A stretch of DNA of 64,000 bases from a virus (taxonomy: Duplodnaviria > Caudoviricetes). Position numbers and translations under genes: made by a program. Position 1 is the first letter of the stretch, and each line of letters opens with the position of its first letter. Below, in pieces: positions 1 through 9,772 of this stretch. The stretch lies in the IMG/VR virus record IMGVR_UViG_3300044667_000075, positions 61,264 to 125,263 of that record; one strand, 5' to 3'. Under the pieces are notes generated by a model, which worked only from the letters and a program-made list of their open reading frames with translations, had not been told where the DNA came from and made no database searches.

Positions 1-50
1 CCGCCCGGCGCGATTGCACCCCGCCGAGGTTAACGGCGGGTAACTGTAGC

Positions 51-269
51 ATGACTGACTGGCCTGCGGTTACGCTCCCGTCTGTCGGCGTGTCCCGCAC
101 GGTGCGGGACGCACAGATCGCCTGGCGGGTTCGGAAGGCAGCCCGCCGAGGGGGGACGGCAGCGATGCCCTGCTATAGGCATCCCCAGCCCGCGGCCATG
201 CCGTCGCGGCATCACGCCCGCACCATCTCCTGGACCCGGCAGCGCCGGACAGGGGGGTGGGCTCGATGA
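51..269 (+). CDS. hypothetical protein
   Basis: ORF with ATGA overlap into the next gene. Confidence 0.4.
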   Translation: MTDWPAVTLPSVGVSRTVRDAQIAWRVRKAARRGGTAAMPCYRHPQPAAMPSRHHARTISWTRQRRTGGWAR

Positions 270-556
270 CCTGCAACAGGCATCCGAGGCACGCGGAAAG
301 CCCGCTGAAACACCTGGCCCGGAACCCGTTCGGGGCCCTCCCGCCGGACGTCGGGGAACGGCTGCGGCAGTGGCGCGAGAGCCCCGCAGTCGACGGCCCG
401 TTCCGCGGCAGCAGCGGGGAATGGCGGGCGTGGATCCCCGCCGACGGGGATCCGGTCAGCGGCGAGCAGCTCACCGAGTTCGACGCCGAAGACCCCGGAG
501 TCGCCGCGGTGCGGCTGATGGACACGCTCGAGGACCGGCTGGGACCGCCCGGCTGA
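266..556 (+). CDS. hypothetical protein
   Basis: ATGA overlap with the upstream ORF; protein-like composition. Confidence 0.5.
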   Translation: MTCNRHPRHAESPLKHLARNPFGALPPDVGERLRQWRESPAVDGPFRGSSGEWRAWIPADGDPVSGEQLTEFDAEDPGVAAVRLMDTLEDRLGPPG

Positions 557-884
557 CACCAGGCTTGCGCGGCCGGGAGAAACGCAGCCAGCACCGCCCC
601 CGAGGAGCAGCTGCGGGGCCGCGCGAGAGCCCGTGCCGGGCCGGCCGTCGCCCTGCTCCCCAGGAAGCCGCAGGGCTGACCCTCCTTGCGGCTGGCTGCC
701 GGTCCCGGCACGGGCACCACGAACGTCGCGCCGGGAGGCCGGCGGGGATAACAGGCCGGGTCCCTCTGATCCAGGGGAACCATCTACCCCGGTTTGAGTC
801 CCTGCACCTCCTGGCGCGGCCCAGCGTTCCTGTCCCCCACGTGTTACGGCGCGGCACCCCGGCGGAGAAAACCGGCGTTTCCGG

Positions 885-1121
885 TCAGCAGGAACGCAGG
901 TGCCGGCCGGCCGGCTGAGGTGCCGTGACACCCCGCGCCGCACTGATGCCGACGCTCAGGACCGTCTCCTCGAGGCTGGCGATGCGGCGTTCAAGCGCGG
1001 TGAGGATCTCGCCGGCCAGCCCGGCGGCGGCGGCTTCGGCGAGCGCGCCGCTCACCGTGGCCAGCATCCTGAGCAGTTCCGCGAGCAGGAGAGCTAGTGA
1101 CTCCTTCGCCTGGTCGGCCAT
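885..1121 (-). CDS. hypothetical helical protein
   Basis: GAGG RBS; Leu/Ala/Glu-rich amphipathic helices. Confidence 0.6.
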   Translation of the reverse strand: MADQAKESLALLLAELLRMLATVSGALAEAAAAGLAGEILTALERRIASLEETVLSVGISAARGVTAPQPAGRHLRSC

Positions 1122-1230
1122 CGTGCCTCGTCCCTGGAGCCCGTAACGGGCTCACCGTGCTTTGCTGTGGTCCCTCCCGCACATCTTGGCGCAAAGATAA
1201 CCCTGAGTACCACATGCGCCACGATGGGAT

Positions 1231-1872
1231 TCACGGCGTGGCGCGCGGTAAGCCTGCCGCGCTGCACCCGCCGGGACGCCCCCCGATCAGGTGGGCCCGC
1301 ACCTCGGGAGACATCGTGTCGACGGCGCGGTGGAACGCCAGGGTCGCGGCGGCCTGCCACAGGCTCCACCCGGCCGTCATGAGGAAATCCCACCGCGCCT
1401 GGGTGTCGGGGCCGAAACCGGGCACGCCGGCGAGGTCCGGGGGGAACACCTGGTTCGCGGTGAGGGCCGCGGACGGGTCGGTGAGGTCTGCGCCGTGCTC
1501 GCGTGCCGCTTTCTCCACGAGGGCGCGGAGCTGGCCGAAGTACAGCGTCGCCTCAGGGTTGATCGTCTCGATGAGCTGCTGGGGGAACGGGGCGCCGCGT
1601 CGTTCCAGCCGCTGCGGTTCCGGCCGGAGCGGGGCCGACAGCGGCTCCTCCCCGGTGAGGATGCGGGCAGCGGTGCCGCGTTCCCAGCGCAGGCCCTTGT
1701 CGATCGCCGCGAGGGTGCGGGGTGTCAGTTCCTGCTCCCCGGTGCGGGCCCTGACGAGAGCCCGCAGCGAGACGCCGCCAGCCGTGGCCACGTCCTGCCA
1801 CCGGAGCCCGAGCTCGATGAGCCGGTCTTCCATCGCTTCGGCGAGCCGTCTCCGTGCTTGTGTCTGTGCCAA
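1231..1872 (-). CDS. CI-like immunity repressor (XRE HTH)
   Basis: LGLRWQDVATAGGVSLRALVRARTG...TLAAIDKGLRW HTH; GGAGG RBS before TTG at 1872; divergent from the Cro-like gene. Confidence 0.8.
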   Translation of the reverse strand: MAQTQARRRLAEAMEDRLIELGLRWQDVATAGGVSLRALVRARTGEQELTPRTLAAIDKGLRWERGTAARILTGEEPLSAPLRPEPQRLERRGAPFPQQLIETINPEATLYFGQLRALVEKAAREHGADLTDPSAALTANQVFPPDLAGVPGFGPDTQARWDFLMTAGWSLWQAAATLAFHRAVDTMSPEVRAHLIGGRPGGCSAAGLPRATP

Positions 1873-2022
1873 CGATCCTCCGCGTGCGTTCCGGCGCTCC
1901 CCGGCACGAAGGTACACGCGTTTGCGCGCATCGGGGAGGCCTAAAACCCTTACGGCATAGGCGTTTCGTGACGCGCGGGGCGCGTGGGGCGCAAGTTCAG
2001 CAGCGAGAAGGCGCGTCATGTC

Positions 2023-2051
2023 TTGCGCTGTCGCGTCTCGGCGCGTATTCT
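2023..2051 (+). promoter_or_regulatory. sigma70-type promoter for a leaderless cro mRNA
   Basis: TTGCGC-17 bp-TATTCT with ATG at 2058; overlapping GGCGCGT direct repeats are candidate operators. Confidence 0.6.
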
Positions 2052-2057
2052 TAAGTC

Positions 2058-2282
2058 ATGAATTCCGGCACGATCTGCCCAGGCCGCAAGTTGCGGGTCG
2101 CACGCGTCATCGCAGACCTGAGCCAGGACGAGCTGGGGACGCAGGTCGGATACCACCAGACCTACATCTCGATGCTGGAACGCGGCAAGTGGGCCACCAG
2201 CATGGACGTCATCGAGAAGCTGGCCAGGGCCTGCGGCTGCAAGGTCGCCGACCTCCTGCCGGACGAGCAGGCAGCGGCCTAG
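2058..2282 (+). CDS. Cro-like XRE HTH regulator
   Basis: LSQDELGTQVGYHQTYISMLERGK...IEKLARACGC is a classic HTH_3 pattern. Confidence 0.9.
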   Translation: MNSGTICPGRKLRVARVIADLSQDELGTQVGYHQTYISMLERGKWATSMDVIEKLARACGCKVADLLPDEQAAA

Positions 2283-2365
2283 ACAACGAAAAAATGCGGT
2301 CCTCGCCGGGCGAACGGCAGAGGACCGCAGAGAAGCAAGCAAGTCCATTATAGAGGAGCAAGCAA

Positions 2366-2737
2366 ATGGACTACCCAAGTGCCTGCGAGCACAGCGGCTG
2401 GTTCCGCGACGTGCGCGCGATCATCGACCTCAGCGAGGTCGTCCACGGCCTCCCGCTGCCGACCATCAGCCCCGACCGGGCCACGTTCCGGTTCACGGGC
2501 ATCACCCATGCCGAGGACGCCCGGTCAGCGCTGGACTGCGCGAAGACCATCCTGGAGGCCGGGCTGGGGGTCGTGTTCCCCGAGGACCCGGTGCCTTTCG
2601 AGGCGGGTTCGGCGAAGCGCAGCGTGTACACCGCACTGATGCCGTCCGGGCTGGAGATCTGCCTCGTGGCGTGGACGAAGCACCTCGACGGCGGAGAAGC
2701 CCCCCAGGATGTGCGCCCCCTGGTGAAGGCCGCGTAA
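2366..2737 (+). CDS. hypothetical protein
   Basis: GAGGAG RBS; GC3-biased ORF. Confidence 0.75.
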   Translation: MDYPSACEHSGWFRDVRAIIDLSEVVHGLPLPTISPDRATFRFTGITHAEDARSALDCAKTILEAGLGVVFPEDPVPFEAGSAKRSVYTALMPSGLEICLVAWTKHLDGGEAPQDVRPLVKAA

Positions 2738-2852
2738 CAGCATGAACACGACTGCCGCCGGGATACGTGATCATGGCCCCCACCTCGGTCTACTGTCAGC
2801 GTCAACAACTGACAGCACGCGCCGTGTCACGGCGCGCGACCAAGGGGGGCTC

Positions 2853-3467
2853 ATGAGCTTCTTCCGCCGTACCCACGCACCAGTCACCACGCCGGCCGAG
2901 ACGCAGCCCGCCGACGCGCCCGCGACCGTCATGACCCCGGCCGCGCCCGACTGGCGGACCGACACCATCACGAGCTTCCCGGCCATCACCGACCAGCCCG
3001 CCCCGGCCGAGGCGCCCGCCCCGTGCAAGTGCGGTGACCCGCGCTGCCCCGACGCCCCGCCCGTCCCCGCGGTCCCCGACGTCCGCGTCGTCCTGGCCTA
3101 CGGGCCCGGCGTGGTGTCCCGCATGTGGCGGCACCGGGTCGGGACCGGCGAATGGGAGAACATCCACGCCGCCGCCGCCGAAGCCGGCGCCCGCGTCCAC
3201 CAGCCGGCCGTCCGGGCACGGCAGCGGATCCGCGCGCAAGTCGCCACCCGCATCCACGACGAGGCCGCCGTGTTCGCCGCCGACCGGGACGCCCTGTCCG
3301 ACCCTGCGATCAGCGCCGGCCTGGCGTCCCTCGCCGACCGTCTGCACCGGATCCAGGGCGAGCTTTTCAGGGAGTCCGCCGAGCGCCGCGAGCGGGCCGC
3401 GCGGGCGTGGGCCGAGCACATGGCCGCGGAGTTCGGCTGGGACGAAACCAGGGAGAGAACACCATGA
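2853..3467 (+). CDS. hypothetical protein
   Basis: AAGGGGGG RBS; ATGA overlap with the next gene. Confidence 0.7.
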   Translation: MSFFRRTHAPVTTPAETQPADAPATVMTPAAPDWRTDTITSFPAITDQPAPAEAPAPCKCGDPRCPDAPPVPAVPDVRVVLAYGPGVVSRMWRHRVGTGEWENIHAAAAEAGARVHQPAVRARQRIRAQVATRIHDEAAVFAADRDALSDPAISAGLASLADRLHRIQGELFRESAERRERAARAWAEHMAAEFGWDETRERTP

Positions 3468-3787
3468 CCACCATGCTCTCAGATCTCACGGAGCAGGAGG
3501 CCGCCGCCGTCCTCGACGACGCCTGGCGTCTCCTCGACATCGCCGACCGCGCCAACTGGCCTGACTCTGGCTACGACGACATCGCCGACGCAGCCCAGGA
3601 ACTCAGGGACTCCCTCGAACTCCACGAGGAGGCCGCCGGGCTGGGCTGGGGCCAGGACTCCGTGCTGGCCGGGTACGCGGCGGGCGTCGCGGAAGACATC
3701 ACCAGGCTGTCCGCCGCCCTCGTCTCGGCGATGCGCCGGCACGGGGTCGGCGAGACAGCCAGCAGCATCACGCACCAAGCGGCATGA
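3464..3787 (+). CDS. hypothetical protein
   Basis: GGGAG RBS; translational coupling. Confidence 0.75.
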   Translation: MTTMLSDLTEQEAAAVLDDAWRLLDIADRANWPDSGYDDIADAAQELRDSLELHEEAAGLGWGQDSVLAGYAAGVAEDITRLSAALVSAMRRHGVGETASSITHQAA

Positions 3788-3805
3788 CAAACGGGGGGAA
3801 CTGAA

Positions 3806-4114
3806 ATGAACACGACCGAGGACATCTACGCCGGGGTCATCTCACACGCCAGATGCGTCCTGGCCAGGGCGGGGGAACTGCCCGGCAGCGACATCCTCGA
3901 CGCGGCCAAGGCAGACCTGGAGCAGGCGCTGGCGGACTACGTGACCATCCGGGGCGCCGATGACGTCCTCAGCTGGAGCGCGTGGACCGCCGCGACTGCA
4001 GGGGCTCGTGAGGGCGTCATGACGGCTGCCACGCTGCTGGCGCGCGCCGTCGGGGAGGAGCAGGGGCCGTCCGCTGAGGCGTACGTCCGCGGCGACGAGA
4101 GCGAGGCGGCATGA
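3806..4114 (+). CDS. hypothetical protein
   Basis: GGGGGG RBS; resembles the upstream helical protein. Confidence 0.75.
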   Translation: MNTTEDIYAGVISHARCVLARAGELPGSDILDAAKADLEQALADYVTIRGADDVLSWSAWTAATAGAREGVMTAATLLARAVGEEQGPSAEAYVRGDESEAA

Positions 4115-4332
4115 GCCGGGTCCTCGCGGCTGTCACCGCGTGGCGGGACCGGCGGGCAGCGGCACGTCTCGCCGCCGCACCCGCCGGGGTCCGCGCCCTC
4201 GCTGCCGCCCTGGCCAACGGGGGTCCGTTCAACCTCGCCGACCCGTCCCTGCCGGGCACGTGGCAGGCACTGAAGGAGACCGGGGCCCTGCGGCCCGACG
4301 GGTCCATCCGCACCGGGAGGAGCGGGTCATGA
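4111..4332 (+). CDS. hypothetical protein
   Basis: ATGA overlaps at both ends. Confidence 0.65.
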   Translation: MSRVLAAVTAWRDRRAAARLAAAPAGVRALAAALANGGPFNLADPSLPGTWQALKETGALRPDGSIRTGRSGS

Positions 4333-5267
4333 ACGAGAAGCCGAGCATCTTTGAGATCTTCGCCGCCGTCAAGCGGGAAGTCGCGCCTGTCGGCAAGAAC
4401 AGCACGAACACCCAGCAGAACTTCAAATACCGCGGTGTCGACGCCGTGGTCAACGCCGTAGCCGAAGCACTCGACAAGTACGGTGTCATCCCCGTCCCGA
4501 TACTGGACCGGTACGACTATGACGGCAACGTCGAGGTCGGCAAGAACCGGTCGCTGATGGGCCACGTCAAGGTTGAGGTGACCTACCGGTTTTACGGGCC
4601 GGCGGGGGACTACTTTGATGCCAAGGTGCCCGGTGAGGCGATGGACAGCGGTGACAAGGCCACCGCCAAGGCGATGAGCGTGGCCTACCGGATCGTGCTG
4701 CTCCAGACCCTCAACCTGCCCACCGGAGACCCAGACCCTGACTCGCAAACCTATGAGCGTTCCTCCCGCGCCTCATCGGCTGGGGATGCGTGGGATAGCG
4801 CCGCGCCTGCACCTGCCCGGCAGGGCAGCGGCGACGGGGCCGGGCAGCGGCGGTCCCGGGAACAGCGCCCCGCCGCGCAACAGCCGCAGGCGGCCGAGAC
4901 AGTCTCCCCGGACGCTGACGAGGACGCCCAGGCGTTCGCTGACGAGGCGTACCAGGCTCTCACGATGGCGACGCTGGAGGACATCCACCGCCGGGCCCGC
5001 GAAGCGGGCAAGGTCAACGCGCTCGTCCGGAACCCCACGTCCGGGAAAACCGGCAAGCTCGCCCTCTACCTGAACTGGCGCCGCCAGCAGGTCAAGGACC
5101 TGGAGGACGCCCTCACCGACCTGACCGCCGCCGCGTCGGAACGGGGGGTCGCCGACCTGGACGGCTGGTTCAAATCGGCTGCGGGCGCAGAGATCGACGG
5201 GGCGACCGCGAGCCAGTTGCGGGACGCGGCCAAGACCCTGCGGGGGCAGAAGGGGGCGGCGGCATGA
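4329..5267 (+). CDS. erf: ERF-family ssDNA annealing protein
   Basis: VGKNSTNTQQNFKYRGVDAVVNAV and GEAMDSGDKATAKAMSVAYR ERF motifs. Confidence 0.88.
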   Translation: MNEKPSIFEIFAAVKREVAPVGKNSTNTQQNFKYRGVDAVVNAVAEALDKYGVIPVPILDRYDYDGNVEVGKNRSLMGHVKVEVTYRFYGPAGDYFDAKVPGEAMDSGDKATAKAMSVAYRIVLLQTLNLPTGDPDPDSQTYERSSRASSAGDAWDSAAPAPARQGSGDGAGQRRSREQRPAAQQPQAAETVSPDADEDAQAFADEAYQALTMATLEDIHRRAREAGKVNALVRNPTSGKTGKLALYLNWRRQQVKDLEDALTDLTAAASERGVADLDGWFKSAAGAEIDGATASQLRDAAKTLRGQKGAAA

Positions 5268-5776
5268 CCGGCCCGTCTTTCCGGCAGCGGATCACGCTCG
5301 CCGAGTTCCTCGCCGGGCACTTCGCCGCCGCCCGCAAGGGCCCGCTCAAGGCGGAAGCCGTCGAGGAGATGACCCCGGGGGAGCGCCTGGCCGCCACGTT
5401 CGGCGGCCAGGTCGCCGCCTGGGTGTCCCTCCCGAAACCCGCCACGTACGCCAAGGTGAAGAACCCGGCCGCGTTCCTCGCGTGGATGGAGAAACACCAC
5501 CCGGAAGGCGTGGAGACCGTCCGCCAGGTCCGCCCCGAGACGCAGAAGGCGTTCCTCGACGCGGCCAAGGCGAACGGCGGCCGGTGGATCAGCCCGGACG
5601 GCGAGGCCATCCCGGTCGACGGCGTTGAGGTCACCCCCGGTGACCCGGCACCCCGGGTGGAACTGACCCCGGACGCTGCGGAGGTCATCGGACGGGCGTG
5701 GCGTGCCGGGCAGATCGACCTGAGCCCGATGCTGGCGCTCCCCGCCCCGGAGGAGGCCCCCGATGCCGCAGCATGA
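5264..5776 (+). CDS. hypothetical protein (recombination module)
   Basis: Coupled to erf; GC3 bias. Confidence 0.75.
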   Translation: MTGPSFRQRITLAEFLAGHFAAARKGPLKAEAVEEMTPGERLAATFGGQVAAWVSLPKPATYAKVKNPAAFLAWMEKHHPEGVETVRQVRPETQKAFLDAAKANGGRWISPDGEAIPVDGVEVTPGDPAPRVELTPDAAEVIGRAWRAGQIDLSPMLALPAPEEAPDAAA

Positions 5777-5957
5777 GCCGCCCGAGGGCGGCAACGAGGG
5801 TCCTGGGTTCGACACCTGGCAGGACGGCATCGAGTCCGCCCTGTGGGACGCCAGGCACGAAGACCATGGCGGGTGGACGATCGACAGCCGCGACCACGCC
5901 ATCACCTGCGCATGCGGCGGGACGGTACCGTTCCCGGCCCTGAGGCGGGCAGCATGA
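5763..5957 (+). CDS. hypothetical protein
   Basis: GGAGG RBS; coupled. Confidence 0.65.
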   Translation: MPQHEPPEGGNEGPGFDTWQDGIESALWDARHEDHGGWTIDSRDHAITCACGGTVPFPALRRAA

Positions 5958-6151
5958 ACGAGCACACTTCTGTCAGGACCGGCCAGACATGCCCGTTCGT
6001 GTCCTGCCTCGTCACCGAACCCCACACGCACCCGGTGTGCCCGGACTGCGGCGCCGTCCGTTACGGAAACGTCTGCTGCGACACCTGCCGCCAGCTGCGC
6101 GGGAACGACCCGAACCCGCACACCATCGTCAGGCCGGAGGCGGCACCGTGA
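5954..6151 (+). CDS. Cys-rich small protein
   Basis: CPDC and CCDTC motifs; ATGA overlap. Confidence 0.6.
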   Translation: MNEHTSVRTGQTCPFVSCLVTEPHTHPVCPDCGAVRYGNVCCDTCRQLRGNDPNPHTIVRPEAAP

Positions 6152-6236
6152 ACGAGAACCGGTTCTGGTGGTGGCTCCTGCGCCTCATCGCCCGCCGCCA
6201 GGAACGCCACCTTGAGCGGGACGCCTGGAGGGCGCC

Positions 6237-6488
6237 GTGAGGACCCGCAAGGCCGACACCGGCCACCCAGACGGCCTGTATCGCGTCCTCCAGCACCAGG
6301 ACGGCCACGTCGTCCTGTTCGCCAGCAAAGCCGCGGACGTGCCCCGCCTGGAAGCCACTGCCGCCGCGCTCACCGAGACAGGCCAGGACGGGTACACGCT
6401 CGGCTGGCTCCCCCTGGACGAGGCCGTGGACCAGTTCACAGACAGCATCAACTGCGGCACCTGCGCCACGGAAAGCCCGGTGGCGTGA
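6237..6488 (+). CDS. hypothetical protein
   Basis: GGAGG RBS; GTGA overlap. Confidence 0.6.
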   Translation: MRTRKADTGHPDGLYRVLQHQDGHVVLFASKAADVPRLEATAAALTETGQDGYTLGWLPLDEAVDQFTDSINCGTCATESPVA

Positions 6489-6850
6489 TGCGCACCTACG
6501 ACATCTCACGCGAGGCACAGTCCCGGCGGCTGGACGAACTCGAGGACGAGCTAGAGGCCGCCGTCAAGGAGTACGAGCGCCTCGGCACCGAAGCCGCCAA
6601 GAAGACGACCAGGGCAGAAACCGACTTCGCCAAGGTATTCCTCAACACTGAGGGGCCGGAAGGCGTGCGCCGGCAGACCGCGATCCGGGACGTGGCGATG
6701 CAGCGTTACGAGGCCCGCATCGCTGAGCATCTCGTGACCACCCAGAGGGAAGCGCTCCGCAAGCTCCACGCGAAGATCGACATGCAGCGGACCAGGGTGG
6801 CGAACGCCCGCAAGGAAGTCGAGCTCGCGCAGTCCGGGGGGCGGCCATGA
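6488..6850 (+). CDS. coiled-coil protein
   Basis: TGATG overlap; heptad-rich charged helices. Confidence 0.75.
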   Translation: MRTYDISREAQSRRLDELEDELEAAVKEYERLGTEAAKKTTRAETDFAKVFLNTEGPEGVRRQTAIRDVAMQRYEARIAEHLVTTQREALRKLHAKIDMQRTRVANARKEVELAQSGGRP

Positions 6851-7326
6851 CCGGCCCCCGTCCCCGCGCGTGGAATTCCACGCTTCCCGCCCGCACGGAG
6901 TACATGACCCGGACGCCGTTCCGGCCGCGTGAACCCCGGCAACAGAGGAGGCGCGCGACCGCCAAGCCGTTCCCGCAGCGGGTGGCCGCCCTGCTCGATG
7001 CTCGCGACTCCTGGTGCGCGTTCTGCGGGACGCCGTTCAACCTGCACCGCCACCACCGCCGCCTGAAGGGCGCCGGGGGAGATCCTCGCCCCCACGCGCA
7101 ATGCAGCTGCAACGGAGTCCTGTTGTGCGCCGCGCACCATGCATGGATTCACGACACGGCCGAGGGGCGGCGCGAGGCCGAGCACGACGGGCTGATCATC
7201 CCCCGCTCCACCCTGGAGCCGTGGACCGTCGGCGTGCTCGTCCGCACCGCTGACGGGGGGCTGCTGCAGTACCCCGGCTGTGACGGGCTGTGGCATGACG
7301 CCGCGCCGATGGGAGCTGCCGCATGA
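6847..7326 (+). CDS. HNH endonuclease-like protein
   Basis: RDSWCAFCG...HRHHRR...NGVLLCAAHHAWIH. Confidence 0.8.
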   Translation: MTGPRPRAWNSTLPARTEYMTRTPFRPREPRQQRRRATAKPFPQRVAALLDARDSWCAFCGTPFNLHRHHRRLKGAGGDPRPHAQCSCNGVLLCAAHHAWIHDTAEGRREAEHDGLIIPRSTLEPWTVGVLVRTADGGLLQYPGCDGLWHDAAPMGAAA

Positions 7327-7625
7327 ACAGTTTCACCGGGGCCAAGGCCGCTCTTGACGCGGCCACTGACCAGGCCCTCGCCATCGCCAGGGATAACCGC
7401 CGCGACCCGGCCGCAGGACACCTCGCCCCGGCCGTCGAATGGCTGGCTGACCTGATCGGCGAGCAGTTCCCCGGCAGCCAGGAGATCGCCGGGCGTGTCC
7501 TGATGGCCGTCTCGCAGTTCGTCTGCGCCGCCGAGTTCGACACTCCCGGCATTGATGTCGCCACGATCGGGACCGTGCTCGCGTTCGCCGCCGAGCAGGT
7601 CGTCCGGGAAGCGGGGCAGCCGTGA
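7323..7625 (+). CDS. hypothetical protein
   Basis: Coupled ORF. Confidence 0.7.
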   Translation: MNSFTGAKAALDAATDQALAIARDNRRDPAAGHLAPAVEWLADLIGEQFPGSQEIAGRVLMAVSQFVCAAEFDTPGIDVATIGTVLAFAAEQVVREAGQP

Positions 7626-7876
7626 GCACCCTCACCCGCGTCGTGTTCCTGACCGCCGCCCTGGGTTCCCTCGCCTGGGCCATCCGGGCGATCGCCGCCG
7701 CCTTCTCCCGCCGCGCCACCGGGTTCGACGACCACGCAGAGGACGCCCTCGCCGTCGTCGCGGAACCCGCGGGAGCACCCGAGGACGAAGACGACGAGGA
7801 ACCGGACGACGCCTTCGACGAGATCATCCGGTTCAACTTCATCACCGACGAGCACGCGACGGGGGAAACGCTATGA
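7622..7876 (+). CDS. small membrane protein
   Basis: N-terminal hydrophobic helix; acidic tail. Confidence 0.65.
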   Translation: MSTLTRVVFLTAALGSLAWAIRAIAAAFSRRATGFDDHAEDALAVVAEPAGAPEDEDDEEPDDAFDEIIRFNFITDEHATGETL

Positions 7877-9000
7877 GCGACAACACGGCCATCGAATGGG
7901 CCGACACCACCTGGAATCCCGTGCTCGGATGCACCCGCGTCTCGCCCGGGTGCGATGCCTGCTATGCGATCGCCCAGGCCACCATCCGCGCCGGGAATCC
8001 GAGCCCGAAGGTAGCCACCGCGTTCGCCGGGCTGACGGAACGGCGTGAAGGACGCGCCGACTGGACCGGGCGCGTCAACCTGCTGCCCGAACGGCTGGAG
8101 CAGCCGCTGCACTGGCGCAAACCGCGCAAGGTGTTCGTCAACAGTCTCTCGGACTTGTTCCACGAGGACATTCCCGACGAGTTCATCGCCAGGGTCTTCC
8201 TCATCATGACCATGACGCCGCAGCACACATTCCAGGTGCTCACCAAGCGCCACGGACGCATGCGGTCGCTGCTGAACTCGCCGCGCTTCCACGCCCTGAT
8301 CGCCGACGTCGCCGAGCGGAACAATGTTCCCCTTGAAGGCACCCCGTGGCCACTACCTAACGTGTGGCTTGGCGTCAGCGTCGAAACCCAGAAATGGGCT
8401 GACGTGCGCATCCCGGCGCTCATCGGCACGCCGGCCACTGTCCGGTTCCTGTCTTGCGAACCGCTCCTCGGCCCCGTCGACCTGACCCGGTGGATGCCCG
8501 CAGGGGTCGCCCGCTGGCAATGCGGCGGATGCCGGGCGTTCTTCAGCGGCCCGTGGCAGGAGACGTGCCCTCAATGCGGCCGGACCGGGTACTGGTGCGG
8601 CAGCCACACCGGGAACGGCAGGACGGGCGGCCAGCCGTTGTCCTGGGTGATTGTCGGTGGCGAATCAGGACCCGGCGCTCGGCCGATGCATCCGGCGTGG
8701 GCCAGGGCGCTCCGCGAGCAGTGCGATGCCGCCGACGTCCCGTTCTTTTTCAAGCAGTGGGGCGAATGGGGCCCGAAGAACGCCGCGACGTGGCCGCTCG
8801 GGGATGCCTGGCAGAACCAGCAGCGCCACCGCTGGGTCAGTCCCGACGGCACGCGGACTAAGCCGTTCGGCGAGTTCACCGGTACCGACGACATGGACTG
8901 GGCGCTCATGCGGCGCGTCGGCAAGAAGGTTAGCGGTCGCGAACTGGATGGCCAGGTCTGCGACGAGTTCCCCCTCACCGCTGAGGCGGTGACCGCATGA
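7873..9000 (+). CDS. phage Gp37/Gp68 family (DUF5131) protein
   Basis: IEWADTTWNPVLGCTRVSPGCDACYA, VFVNSLSDLFH, FLSCEPLLG, WVIVGGESG, PFFFKQWG. Confidence 0.92.
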   Translation: MSDNTAIEWADTTWNPVLGCTRVSPGCDACYAIAQATIRAGNPSPKVATAFAGLTERREGRADWTGRVNLLPERLEQPLHWRKPRKVFVNSLSDLFHEDIPDEFIARVFLIMTMTPQHTFQVLTKRHGRMRSLLNSPRFHALIADVAERNNVPLEGTPWPLPNVWLGVSVETQKWADVRIPALIGTPATVRFLSCEPLLGPVDLTRWMPAGVARWQCGGCRAFFSGPWQETCPQCGRTGYWCGSHTGNGRTGGQPLSWVIVGGESGPGARPMHPAWARALREQCDAADVPFFFKQWGEWGPKNAATWPLGDAWQNQQRHRWVSPDGTRTKPFGEFTGTDDMDWALMRRVGKKVSGRELDGQVCDEFPLTAEAVTA

Positions 9001-9137
9001 CCACCTGGATGATCCTGCTCGCCCTCGCTGCCGTCTTTATCGCCGGCTGCTTCACAGGTGCCAAGTGGGTCAAGGCCGGTCATGTCCTGGACGCCATCCT
9101 GCGGGAAGACGTCCGCGACCGTGAGGACGCGACCTGA
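8997..9137 (+). CDS. small membrane protein (46 aa)
   Basis: MTTWMILLALAAVFIAGCFTGAKW; overlaps at both ends. Confidence 0.55.
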   Translation: MTTWMILLALAAVFIAGCFTGAKWVKAGHVLDAILREDVRDREDAT

Positions 9138-9772
9138 TGTCCCCCGCCAAGACGTCCCCTCCAGGCCCCAGCGCGGCTCTCCCCGTCGCCGCCGCTGCTG
9201 CCCGAGGGGACCGCTCCCCGGAGACCCGTCCGCCCGCATCCCCCGTAGCGGGCGGGCGGGTCCGGGGAGCCCCACAGACTCCGGCCGGGGTCGGGCGTGA
9301 ACGCCGTAACCCTGCAAGCGGCGGACGGACCGCGGCACCGGCCGGGCAATCCCTCGTCGCAGACCAGATGACCGAAGACCGCGGCCGGGACTCTCTCGAA
9401 GCCCACATCCGCAGGCTGATGAAAGATCTTGGCTTGTGGGGATACCACCCTCGCCGGAGTGAGCGCAGCGAGAAAGGCTGGCCGGACTGGGCGATCATCG
9501 GCACCCGGATCATCTACCGCGAGCTCAAGACCGAGCGCGGCAAGGTGACGCCCGAACAGCAAGCGGTCGGGGAGCGGATCCGGGCGGCGGGCGGAGACTG
9601 GGCCGTCTGGAGGCCCCGGCATCTCCTGTCGGGCTGCATCGCGCGGGAACTGCAGGCCATCACTCCCGGCCCTCTGGGGCTCGCCCAGCGGAGGCTACCT
9701 GAGGACACGCAGGATGCCGCTCCAGGCCCGCAGAGGCGCGCTGAGACGCGCACAGGCGGCGATGCGGCATGA
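9137..9772 (+). CDS. VRR-NUC domain nuclease
   Basis: GWPDWAII...YRELKTERGKVTPEQQ PD-(D/E)xK pattern; the true start may be downstream. Confidence 0.82.
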   Translation: MSPAKTSPPGPSAALPVAAAAARGDRSPETRPPASPVAGGRVRGAPQTPAGVGRERRNPASGGRTAAPAGQSLVADQMTEDRGRDSLEAHIRRLMKDLGLWGYHPRRSERSEKGWPDWAIIGTRIIYRELKTERGKVTPEQQAVGERIRAAGGDWAVWRPRHLLSGCIARELQAITPGPLGLAQRRLPEDTQDAAPGPQRRAETRTGGDAA